From Candidatus Brockarchaeota archaeon (GTDB lineage Archaea; Thermoproteota; EX4484-205; JAAOZP01): DNA of 56,090 nt. The translations under genes were made by a program, and so were the position numbers. The stretch's first letter is position 1. Every line of letters starts with the position of its first letter. Under the pieces are notes generated by a model. It made no database searches. It worked only from the letters and a program-made list of their open reading frames with translations, and had not been told where the DNA came from. This document shows, piece by piece, positions 1 through 8,816 of the stretch. The stretch spans positions 1-56,090 of the forward strand of contig JAFNIQ010000005.1 in assembly GCA_017601395.1 (NCBI GenBank), in the 5' to 3' direction.

Positions 1-1
1 G

Positions 2-871
2 AAGGGAACTATCGTCGCGGCGGAGCACGATCCGTTGATAAACGAGGCTAAGAAAACAATCATGCTTGAAATACTTCTGCAGCTTGGGGGGAGCCCACCT
101 GACTACGTGGTTCTCCCAATGGGTGAGGGAGGCCTCGTCTACGCAACCTATAAAATGATGAGAGAGCTGAGGGAGCTTGGCGTCGCTAAGGGCAGCGTAG
201 GAATAGTCGGAGCCCAGCCGGAGGACTGTAAGCCTATAGTGAAGGCTTTTGAAAAAGGCTTCGACACTGTCGAGGCTGAAGCTGAGCCGAGAAGCAGAAT
301 ATTCGACCTGAACGTGGCCAATCCCAGGTTTGGAAACGCTGCCCTAAGAGCAATAAGACAGACGGATGGGCTGGCAGTATCCGTCAGCGAAAAAGAGATA
401 TTTGAAGCCCTAAGCCTACTAGCTGAGAAAGAAGGTATACTTGCAGAACCGGCTGGAAGTCTTCCTCTAGCAGGCTTGATGAAGCTGGTTGAAAGCAGAG
501 AGGTGGGGAGAGACGCCAGAGTGGTTTGTGTCGTGACTGGAAGCGGCCTCAAGGATCCTAGGGTTATGAAGGAAATAGCCTACAGTAAGTCTAACCTAGG
601 CGTGTTGATAGAGGAGTTGAGCGGAGGTGTTAGACTTGGTTCTACTAAGACAGCCATCCTGAGGCTGCTGTCTGAAAAAAACATGTACGGCTACGAAGTT
701 TGGAGAGGGTTGATGGAGAAATACGGTATGAACGTGAGGATTCCAACTGTTTACCAGCATCTTTCCGATCTCGTTGAAAAAGGGTATGTTAAAAGAGTGG
801 AGGCCAAGAGGGTCATGGGTAGGAAGAGAGAGTATTACTCCCTAACCGAAAGGGGGGAAGCTATCGTCTAA
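2..871 (+). CDS. Threonine synthase-like PLP-fold protein fused to a C-terminal PadR-type winged HTH (5'-partial)
   Basis: Frame is open from base 2. ThrC-like motifs EAKKTIMLEI, PDYVVLPMGEGG, EGILAEPAG and VVCVVTGSGLKD; C-terminal ILRLL..MYGYEV..TVYQHLSDLVEKGYV..YYSLTERG is a typical PadR wHTH. Confidence 0.8.
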   Translation, partial: KGTIVAAEHDPLINEAKKTIMLEILLQLGGSPPDYVVLPMGEGGLVYATYKMMRELRELGVAKGSVGIVGAQPEDCKPIVKAFEKGFDTVEAEAEPRSRIFDLNVANPRFGNAALRAIRQTDGLAVSVSEKEIFEALSLLAEKEGILAEPAGSLPLAGLMKLVESREVGRDARVVCVVTGSGLKDPRVMKEIAYSKSNLGVLIEELSGGVRLGSTKTAILRLLSEKNMYGYEVWRGLMEKYGMNVRIPTVYQHLSDLVEKGYVKRVEAKRVMGRKREYYSLTERGEAIV

Positions 872-874
872 TGT

Positions 875-1963
875 CTAAAGCTTCATCCTCTCATAAGTTA
901 TCTTCAAATCACTACCCTTCCATTCGAAAATCGGGACGTCTCTTCTAAGCCTCTTGAACTTTTCGCTTAAAGAATGAACTACGAGAGGAAGCACTATGGT
1001 GGCGTCAGCGTAGCACTGCACCCTCTGTGCTCGGAACCCGATTTTCCCCCAGCTTTGACCCTCCTCGAACGTGCATCCCGATAAGCCCCCCCACTGCGGC
1101 ACGTCCGTGGAGATCTGTATCGCAAAACCATGGCTTCTGTCATGCCTAGTCTGGTAGCTCGCTATCACGGCGGTTTGCTGAATAAAATTCTTGGGCACGC
1201 CTCCACCTATGTATATCACCCCCGTCTGCTTCGCTTTCTCAGTTATTCTAGAGCTCTCGTCGACATCCTTTAGGTAGTCGACGATTATCCTCTTCTTCTT
1301 AAGGACAACCTTCTTCCCGTTGATGCTTGTAACTCTCTCCCTCCTGTTAGAGAACATTATTGAGAAACCCAGGGAGCTGTCTCCGAACGCGGGGCAGAAT
1401 ATCGGGACGCCGCTCCTGTAGGCGCTTACAAGAATGGAGTCTTTATCCTTAGCATGCTTGCTTAAAAGCTTCCCAAGAAGATAGAGTAATTCACGGGAGG
1501 AATATGGGTAATCGTCCCTAAGCGTCCTAGCGAAAACCTTTTCTATCCAGAGATCAGTCTCGTAGAACTTATTCTCGTCTGCGAAAACGTCGTAAATCCT
1601 GTCAACCCTCTCCCTCCTCAGCTTGACATCATCTACCAGGTGGGTTCCAACATAATGTTTCCCGCCTAGGGCTTCAAAAAGATCGTGGTAAAGGTTTGCG
1701 CCAGTCGAGACAACTACGTCGACCATTCTCCTTTCAATCAGGTATGAGATTAGCCTCCTCATCCCTGCTGGAACCATGGCGCCGGCCAAGCCGAACCATA
1801 TTACGATATCCCTTTTCTTAAGCATTCTCGACCATACTTGAACAACCTCAGCAACCTTCCTACCCTGAAAGCCTGTAAACAGCATTTCATCAGTCAGCTG
1901 ACTAATCTTTTTATCCGGGTTGACGTCAATTGGATCTGTGGGGAGTTTAAGAAACTTCCTCAT
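875..1963 (-). CDS. dys: Deoxyhypusine synthase
   Basis: GAMVPAGMR, STGANLYHD, IGGGVPKNF, GGLSGCTFEEGQSWGK (catalytic Lys), DATIVLPL. Confidence 0.9.
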   Translation of the reverse strand: MRKFLKLPTDPIDVNPDKKISQLTDEMLFTGFQGRKVAEVVQVWSRMLKKRDIVIWFGLAGAMVPAGMRRLISYLIERRMVDVVVSTGANLYHDLFEALGGKHYVGTHLVDDVKLRRERVDRIYDVFADENKFYETDLWIEKVFARTLRDDYPYSSRELLYLLGKLLSKHAKDKDSILVSAYRSGVPIFCPAFGDSSLGFSIMFSNRRERVTSINGKKVVLKKKRIIVDYLKDVDESSRITEKAKQTGVIYIGGGVPKNFIQQTAVIASYQTRHDRSHGFAIQISTDVPQWGGLSGCTFEEGQSWGKIGFRAQRVQCYADATIVLPLVVHSLSEKFKRLRRDVPIFEWKGSDLKITYERMKL

Positions 1964-2024
1964 CTTTTACCGGTTTGAACCGTTTAAATTTTAATTTAAA
2001 CTTTGCTGGAACAGACTGGGCTCC

Positions 2025-2352
2025 GAGTAAGCAGAACTATTGTCCTCCAGCGCGACCCCTACTTCCACGCTCGTCGCATCCTCGGTTGGAAGCGGAACCA
2101 CTTCGCCGTGAACATGTTTACTATTCACCTTGACAAAACCCTCTTACCCTTTCCAACACGTTTAACGAAAATATCGTACGTCACTCCTAAGACCCTTCAG
2201 GCCTTGAAGCCGCTCCGGGATCCCGGGTAGGAAGATATTTTTAATCCTTCGAAGGTGGAGCGTATGCCAAGAATCCATTGTTCGCAGAAACGTAAACCAA
2301 TGGGGCTGTGCTGTTGAGCATGAGTTTCTGCACACCCATACTCAGGATGCTA
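2025..2352 (-). pseudogene. Decayed C-terminal remnant of a GH94 (cellobiose/cellodextrin phosphorylase-like) gene
   Basis: Across frameshifts the minus strand reads HPEYGCA/RNS./LNSTAPLVYVSA/QWILGIRSTFEGLKI..SGFKA*RVLGVTYDIFVKRVGKG/VKVNSKHVHGEVVPLP..VEVGVAL. This matches the GH94 C-terminus (G.AKNSWLTGTA.W...QWILGIRP...RGATY.I.V). Confidence 0.7.
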
Positions 2353-2592
2353 GCGCGTGCTCAACCCTAATGATGTTTTCATCATCACCCCTAACGACAA
2401 ATGTTTCAAGCATCCTGACTGCAACACCCTTTTTCACGAATGCTATTTGAAGAAGTATAAGAAAACCAGTAATTTTCTCAGAACCCCGGGACCCAAAGCG
2501 CCGCCTCACCCATAAACATATCGCAGTAGGAAAATCCTGTGCAAGATATAAACTGCACCCGGCCCCCGGTTTCGAGTTTTAAAGCGTCATGT

Positions 2593-3732
2593 TCAAGGCG
2601 GCTGGAATCTCAATTCCTTATCAATCCTCTGCATCCATTCGCTGATCGGAATCCTCTGAGGGCATTTCTCCTCGCAGGTCCTGCAGCCCACGCATGCGCT
2701 CGCCCGCTTCTCAGCAGAAATATTATTATTGTACGTCCATCTGGCTGAGCCAATCGAGTTATAGGCGACACCATTATTGTAAACCTCAAAGTTCCAAGGT
2801 ATATCAACACCATTCGGGCACGGCATGCAGTAGCCGCATTTCGTGCATGGAATTGGGCGGAGCTCCTTATACTTAACGTGAACCCTAGCTATAAGCTTAA
2901 GATCCTCCTCAGTAAGCAGCCCAACACCCGATCTTGAGGCGAACTCAATGTTTCGCTTAACCTGCTCCATCGTGCTCATGCCGCTTAGGACCACTGAGAC
3001 CTCAGGCTTGTTCCAAAGCCATTGTAGAGCCATTTCCACAGGATCCTTACCAGCCTCATCCCAGATCTGCTTCACAGCCGGAGGCGGGTTGGCTAAAGCC
3101 CCTCCTAAAAGAGGCTCCATTATAACCACGGCAAGCCCTTTCCCAGCAGCGTATTTCAACCCTCTTGTCCCGGCTTGAACCTCTTCATTCTCATAGTTAT
3201 ACTGTATTTGACAGAGAGTCCACTTGTCATACGCGTCTATAATCTCCTTGAAAACCTCATAGTCGTCGTGGAAGCTGAAACCTAAATATTTTATCCTATC
3301 CTCGGAAACAACCCTTTCAGCCCAGTCGAAAACATTCAGGTTTTTAATCTTAAGCCAGCTGTTTTTATTCAGCGCGTGAAGAAGGTAGAAATCCACGTAT
3401 TCTGTCTGAAGCTTCTTAAGCTGCTCCTCGAAAATCCTATCCATATCCTCCCTAGAATTAATGTTCCAGATGGGCATCTTGGTTGCCAGCCTAACCCGCT
3501 CCCTGTAGCCGTCTCTTAAAGCCTTTCCAACAACGATCTCACCATTTCCACCGTGATAAGGGTAAGCGGTATCCACGTAGTTGACGCCATGGTCTATGGC
3601 GTACCTTATCATCCTGATGGCCTCAGGCTCATCAACCTTAGAATGGTCGTTACCTATTACCGGGAGCCTCATGCATCCGAAGCCGAGGGCAGACACCTGC
3701 CAGTCCAGCTTCCCAAACCGCCTATACTTCAT
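2593..3732 (-). CDS. Aldo/keto reductase with C-terminal 4Fe-4S dicluster domain
   Basis: Start reassigned to MKYRRFGK. SALGFGCMRLP, YVDTAYPYH, CTKCGYCMPCP and CVGCRTCEEKCPQ. Confidence 0.9.
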   Translation of the reverse strand: MKYRRFGKLDWQVSALGFGCMRLPVIGNDHSKVDEPEAIRMIRYAIDHGVNYVDTAYPYHGGNGEIVVGKALRDGYRERVRLATKMPIWNINSREDMDRIFEEQLKKLQTEYVDFYLLHALNKNSWLKIKNLNVFDWAERVVSEDRIKYLGFSFHDDYEVFKEIIDAYDKWTLCQIQYNYENEEVQAGTRGLKYAAGKGLAVVIMEPLLGGALANPPPAVKQIWDEAGKDPVEMALQWLWNKPEVSVVLSGMSTMEQVKRNIEFASRSGVGLLTEEDLKLIARVHVKYKELRPIPCTKCGYCMPCPNGVDIPWNFEVYNNGVAYNSIGSARWTYNNNISAEKRASACVGCRTCEEKCPQRIPISEWMQRIDKELRFQPP

Positions 3733-3865
3733 GCCTTCACGGATAGAAGGGTAAACCTTATAAATTTTGTTTAGAACGCTTTGGAACCGTTTCCCGACCG
3801 AGGCCACAAGTGGAACAACAGCCTTATATCGCGCTGAGACTGAAATGAAAAATACGACTTGAAAA

Positions 3866-4288
3866 ATGAAGGATCTAGAGACAGCTAAGAGAATACTGAA
3901 AGACCATGGTTTTAGCCTAGTTATAGTTAAACCCGGAACGCTTTTTCACGCTACTAGGAAGTACGGCGTCATAGGGCTTGTTGAAGCCATTGAAAACTAT
4001 GGTTCGGAACTATCCGGGGCGGCTGTGGCCGACAGGGTCGTTGGCAGGGCAGCGGCGATGCTCTGCCTGTATGCCAATATTGCTGAAGTATATGCTGAAG
4101 TAGTAAGTAGGAAGGGTTTAGAAGCCTTGAGAGAGAAAAACGTAAGCGTTGAATATGAGGAACTGGTTCCTGAAATCCTGAACAGAAACAGGAATGACGT
4201 TTGCCCGTTTGAAAAGCTCGCCGCCGACTGCCATGGTGAGGAAGAACTTTTTAGGAAAATAGTGTCTCTTAAAGACAGGTTTTCATAG
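3866..4288 (+). CDS. DUF1893 (TM1506-like) protein
   Basis: ADRVVGRAAA and ILNRNRNDVCPFE motifs. Confidence 0.8.
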   Translation: MKDLETAKRILKDHGFSLVIVKPGTLFHATRKYGVIGLVEAIENYGSELSGAAVADRVVGRAAAMLCLYANIAEVYAEVVSRKGLEALREKNVSVEYEELVPEILNRNRNDVCPFEKLAADCHGEEELFRKIVSLKDRFS

Positions 4289-4382
4289 ATGCTTCGCATT
4301 CGCGTGAAATCAAAAAGCGATAAGCCTTTCAAAGTCTAAACGAGGAGGCTAGCCTACTGCACGCTGCAGATTAATGTTTCAA

Positions 4383-4784
4383 TCAGGATGAAGACTTACC
4401 GGAGAGATTAGACATTACGTTTACATGAATCCTAGCCACGTCCCCCAGCTTATCCATTGCTTCCGCAAGCCTCCCACTCCAAACCTCTTTCAGACCCCCC
4501 TTCTCCTCCTGAACCACGTGGAACACGGAGTCATCTATTTTCGCCACGTAAACCCCATTAGCATCCTTATTGAAAGTAAGAGTAACCACTACTCTCTGCT
4601 CCTTTGAGAACCTGCCCAGCTTCACTAGGTAGGTTGCTGAAAGCTCGCAAACCTTCCGTTCTTTATCTGGGAAGGTGACGAGAGCCCCACCGGTCTTAAC
4701 GTTTTTACTGGTTTCAACATTCTTAAGAGCCTCCTCGTAATATCTGCCGAGCGAATCAACCTCTCTAAACATTATCGTGTCCAT
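4383..4784 (-). CDS. Hypothetical protein
   Basis: 133-aa ORF with an ATG start and protein-like composition; no family recognised. Confidence 0.6.
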   Translation of the reverse strand: MDTIMFREVDSLGRYYEEALKNVETSKNVKTGGALVTFPDKERKVCELSATYLVKLGRFSKEQRVVVTLTFNKDANGVYVAKIDDSVFHVVQEEKGGLKEVWSGRLAEAMDKLGDVARIHVNVMSNLSGKSSS

Positions 4785-5088
4785 TTTTTTCTCTAGACCC
4801 CTACTTTCAGTATCCTCATCCGCTAAAAGGGAGAATATTAAGGTTACGCTTTTTAGAAAACCCTTTTAAACGGGAACTGCTGCGGCTGGCTCCTATGGGC
4901 ACAGCGGGGCCAGTAAACCGTAAGCCTAGGAAAACCATGAGAAAGAAGCACTCTTCAAAGGCTCTAATGATCTCTTAGCGCTCGTCAAAACGGGCTTAAA
5001 CGCATCAGCATCATTAAACTAAAGGAGAATTCTTAAACAATAAGGAAAAATGAATTATGTTTATAAGACGCGTTGAACACAAGGACCC

Positions 5089-6303
5089 ATGGGAGAAAGC
5101 GGGACGGTTAAACTCGCAATAGCTGGCTGCGGAGGAATAGCCCGTGCACACCTTACGGCTTATGCGAGAATCAACGAGAAAGAACCCGGGAAACTTAGGC
5201 TTGTCGCTTTAAACGATGTCTCGAAAGAGTCTGCTGAAGCCTTTGCAGATGAAGCTGAAAAACTGCTGGGCTACAGGCCCCCTGTTTTCCAAGACACTAG
5301 GGAAATGCTGAGGAAGGCTAAGCCTAAAGCAGTCGACATATGTACACCGCATTCTGAACACCATAGGGTTGCGTTGGAATGCATCAGGTCTGGGGCGGAC
5401 ATTATGGTTGAGAAACCCTTCGGGGTGACGCTGAGGGCTAGCAAGACGATAATAGCTGCAGGGAAGAAACACGGGAGGATTGTTGCGACTGCGGAAAACA
5501 TACGCCGCGGGGTGAACCAGAGGACTATGCACTGGCTGGTTAACGAGGCTAAGCTGATCGGCAAGCCAAGAATGTTCTACGCGATCCACGCTTCCTGGAA
5601 CGACCCGTTGAAGCCTAGGAGGTGGCATTGGAGGATTGAGAAGAACCTGAGCGGGGGAGGCCTGGTTCTGGATAGTGGAGCACATTTCTGCGATTCGATG
5701 AGGTACTTCTTCGGAGAGGTCGATAGGGTTTACGCTTTCGTAGGGCAGTTTGAAAAATGGCCTCACGATAAGAATGGGGAAACCGTTTACAGCGAAGTGG
5801 AGGATAGCTGGGTTGCGCTAATAAGCTTTGAAAACGGTCTCGTCGGAACATGGAGCTGGACGATGGCTGCGCCGGGCCATTCTTTCACTAAGGTTGTTTA
5901 CTATGGGTCTGAGGGATGTCTCCTTGACTCGGGCGATGTCTTCCACGGTCCCTTCGACAACGCGGTGCTCATTCTAAAAGATGGGACACAGCGCAACATG
6001 TCTGAGCTTCGAGAAGAATTCCTTAGAAGCATAGGTGAGGAGGGCAGGAACAGGCTTTTCCCACATGGTTTTACTGACGGGATTACTTTAGAGTGTTACG
6101 ATTTTCTCGAAGCCGTTCAGAAAAGGAGGAGGCCTGAGGTCGACGGCGAAGACGGGATGAGGGCCAAGGCGATAGCCGAAGCCATATATGAGTCGGCTAA
6201 GCTCCGTGCAGCCGTAAGGTATAGGGATGTTCTCAACGGGAGGATTTCAAAATACCAGGATCCAATCGACAGGGCGAACGGGCTCTTAAAGGGGAAACGT
6301 TAG
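5089..6303 (+). CDS. Gfo/Idh/MocA family oxidoreductase
   Basis: AIAGCGGIA Rossmann motif, ICTPHSEH, VEKPFG, GGLVLDSGAHFCD. Confidence 0.9.
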   Translation: MGESGTVKLAIAGCGGIARAHLTAYARINEKEPGKLRLVALNDVSKESAEAFADEAEKLLGYRPPVFQDTREMLRKAKPKAVDICTPHSEHHRVALECIRSGADIMVEKPFGVTLRASKTIIAAGKKHGRIVATAENIRRGVNQRTMHWLVNEAKLIGKPRMFYAIHASWNDPLKPRRWHWRIEKNLSGGGLVLDSGAHFCDSMRYFFGEVDRVYAFVGQFEKWPHDKNGETVYSEVEDSWVALISFENGLVGTWSWTMAAPGHSFTKVVYYGSEGCLLDSGDVFHGPFDNAVLILKDGTQRNMSELREEFLRSIGEEGRNRLFPHGFTDGITLECYDFLEAVQKRRRPEVDGEDGMRAKAIAEAIYESAKLRAAVRYRDVLNGRISKYQDPIDRANGLLKGKR

Positions 6304-6308
6304 TCGAA

Positions 6309-7481
6309 CTATCCTCTGGCGTTTCTCAGAATACTCAGGACATCCTCCTTACCCAGCTTTACGAAGCTCCCTATTTTAGAGCCGCCTGAGTCAGTGCACC
6401 GGAGCGCCATCTCCTCCAGCCTGTCTTCAGGAACACCCAGTTCCCTGAGCGTCGTCGGAAGCCCTATCCGCTTGAAGAAAGATTTCAGCATCTCTATGCC
6501 TTCAAGAGCCGTTTTCTCAGGATCCTGGAAATCAGGCTCAACACCCCAGACTCTAACGGCGAACTGCACGAATATGTCTACGCGATGCTTATACACGTGT
6601 CTCATCCAGCTTGGAAACAATACTGCCAGCCCAGCGCCGTGCGGCACATCGTATAGGCCGCTGAGCTCATGCTCTATTACGTGCGTAGCCCAATCCCCTA
6701 TCCGGCCTGTTCCAAGAAGATCATTGTGCGCAACAGTGCTGGCCCACATTATTTCAGCCCGAGCATCATAGTTCTCAGGCTCCCTTAAGGCGATTGGAAC
6801 ATTCCTGATCACTGTTTTTAAAGTAGCTTCGCAAAGCCTATCCGTCAGATCAGTATGCCGCACGTTGGTGAAGTACCGCTCCATGACGTGAGACATTATG
6901 TCGGCTGCTCCGCAAGCAGTATGGTAGGGCGGCACTGAAAAAGTAACCTCAGGATTCATCAAAGCGAACCTGGGGCGTAAGAGCTCGGTTGTTAGTGAAA
7001 GCTTACGCCAATCCTCCTCGTTCGTAATAACGGAGCTGCTGCTCGCCTCGCTCCCCGCCCCAGGTATAGTTAAAACCACCCCGACGGGCAAAGCCTCCGC
7101 TGGCTCAGCCCTGTCAACGTAGAAATCCCACACGTCACCCTTATACGGGACGCCCACGCTTATGGCTTTAGCAGAGTCTATGACGCTCCCGCCCCCAACC
7201 GCCAGTATGAAATCTACACCACTACTCCTGCAGACCTCTATTCCCTTTCTAACAAGGCTTAAACGAGGATTAGGCTTAACACCCGGAAGCTCGATAAACC
7301 TGACGCCCACACTCTTCAAGGATTCGACAACCCTGTCGTAGAGACCTATTCTCTTTATGCTTCCACCACCATAGTGTAAAAGAACCTTATCGCTGTATTT
7401 CTTCACCTCTTCCCCAACCAGGTTTTCAACACCCCTGCCGAAAACGATTCTAGTGGGACATTGAAACTGGAAGTTTTCCAT
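6309..7481 (-). CDS. Iron-containing alcohol dehydrogenase (NADH-dependent butanol dehydrogenase-like)
   Basis: Start MENFQFQCPTRIVFG. YGGGSIKR, AVGGGSVID, ADIMSHVMERYF, DWATHVIEHELS, PHGAGLA. Confidence 0.9.
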   Translation of the reverse strand: MENFQFQCPTRIVFGRGVENLVGEEVKKYSDKVLLHYGGGSIKRIGLYDRVVESLKSVGVRFIELPGVKPNPRLSLVRKGIEVCRSSGVDFILAVGGGSVIDSAKAISVGVPYKGDVWDFYVDRAEPAEALPVGVVLTIPGAGSEASSSSVITNEEDWRKLSLTTELLRPRFALMNPEVTFSVPPYHTACGAADIMSHVMERYFTNVRHTDLTDRLCEATLKTVIRNVPIALREPENYDARAEIMWASTVAHNDLLGTGRIGDWATHVIEHELSGLYDVPHGAGLAVLFPSWMRHVYKHRVDIFVQFAVRVWGVEPDFQDPEKTALEGIEMLKSFFKRIGLPTTLRELGVPEDRLEEMALRCTDSGGSKIGSFVKLGKEDVLSILRNARG

Positions 7482-7615
7482 GATAAAGGACTGCTTCAGC
7501 CACCTTTTAACCTTTATTTCCACCATTTCTGGCAATCCAAAAGTTCAGCATAAACGCTTTCACAGTAAAATATTTTCATTAGGATTGGAGGGTTAACAGC
7601 AGGAGGCTTGGGAAC

Positions 7616-8091
7616 ATGGTTAGAGTCTTAATACTTTACTATTCTCGAGGAGGGAACGTTGAAGCCTTAGCTAAGGCGGTTGCCCAAGGCGTGGAGAAGG
7701 TTGAAGGAGCCACTACCGAGCTGAAACGCGTAGACTACGCTACTGTTGAAGACCTTATATCGTGCGACGCTGTAGCATTCGGCTCACCCAACTATTTCGG
7801 CTACATGGCGGGATTGTTGAAGGATTTCTTCGACAGAGCCTGGAGCATAAGGGAGAAGATCGCGGGGAAACCGGCGGCAGCATTCACATGCGGTGGTAGT
7901 TCAAGCGACTCCGTTGCTGAGCATAGAGAGGATTTTCTCAGCTTTCAAAATGGAGAAGGCTGCTGTAGGCGTTGTCTGGGGTCTGGGAGAAGGGGACTCC
8001 TTTTGGAAAAGACTTGTCTGAGTTGAAGAGGCTTGGAGAGACTCTGGCTAAAGCAGCCGTTGAAAGAAAAACAAGGATGCCAGAGGACTGA
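7616..8091 (+). pseudogene. Flavodoxin/WrbA-like NAD(P)H oxidoreductase with two frameshifts
   Basis: YYSRGGNVE and FGSPNYFG. A frameshift near 7912 continues as LLSIERIFSAFKMEK. A 7-bp tandem duplication GTCTGGG (7974-7987) precedes the final frame ...ELKRLGETLAKAA..*. Confidence 0.75.
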
Positions 8092-8816
8092 CGGAATGAA
8101 ACCCTTTTAGAGAACAAATATTTTTATCCTGCAAAACATTTACTCATGCTTTCCCCTGATTCCACTATGGTTAAGTCTTCACGTATTCTGTGTAAGTAAC
8201 CCGCCGCGGTCAGAGCAGTGTGAAAGGAAGAAGTGCAACCCATCCCGCAAATATTCTTTGTCTGGAAACTACAGCGTCTTCACCCAGTCGCCCTCTGTCC
8301 CTGTAATGTTCTTTCGCGAAATAGAAAGGATCATGAGTCCTTTATATTAAGCATGCCTGCTCTAGCATTACTGGTTTTGCTCAAACACTCATGCAGGTAA
8401 GCGGGTTTCCACCCTCTTTAACCGCTCAAGGTTCACCGCTATCACCCACTATTGTCAACCCGCGTGCCGTAACCTTTAGATTTCAGATAGTCTTGGTAAA
8501 GCCTGCATGCCCCTAGAGGCTTCTCCAACTATTAGTTTAAATTTACCGGTACCGTCTCATCCGTTCCACCTCTTACTCAGCCGCAGTTCTTTTGCTTCGA
8601 AAGCACTGGTACCATTAAAAGAAGCTTCTTTCCTTTCGACCGCCCTTCTTTCTACAATTTCACGTCTAATTCTGCCCCCGATAATACATAAGTGATTTAA
8701 GTATGGAGAACCATATGCAAAAAGGTGAAATCAGTCTTAAGCAGAAAGGGTTTGATCTACGCATGAAAAGTTGAACAATACTTGGCGGTGTGGAGAAAAC
8801 AGATATATAGGCTTAA

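Noticed and set aside
2341-2392. Minus-strand RTGATGA...CTGA spaced like a C/D box sRNA
   Set aside because: No convincing C'/D' pair or rRNA-complementary guide recognised; the CTGA lies in the GH94 relic (HPE codons).
4882-4921. GC-rich imperfect stem in the 4785-5088 intergenic region
   Set aside because: Short, imperfect and matching no RNA family I recognise.
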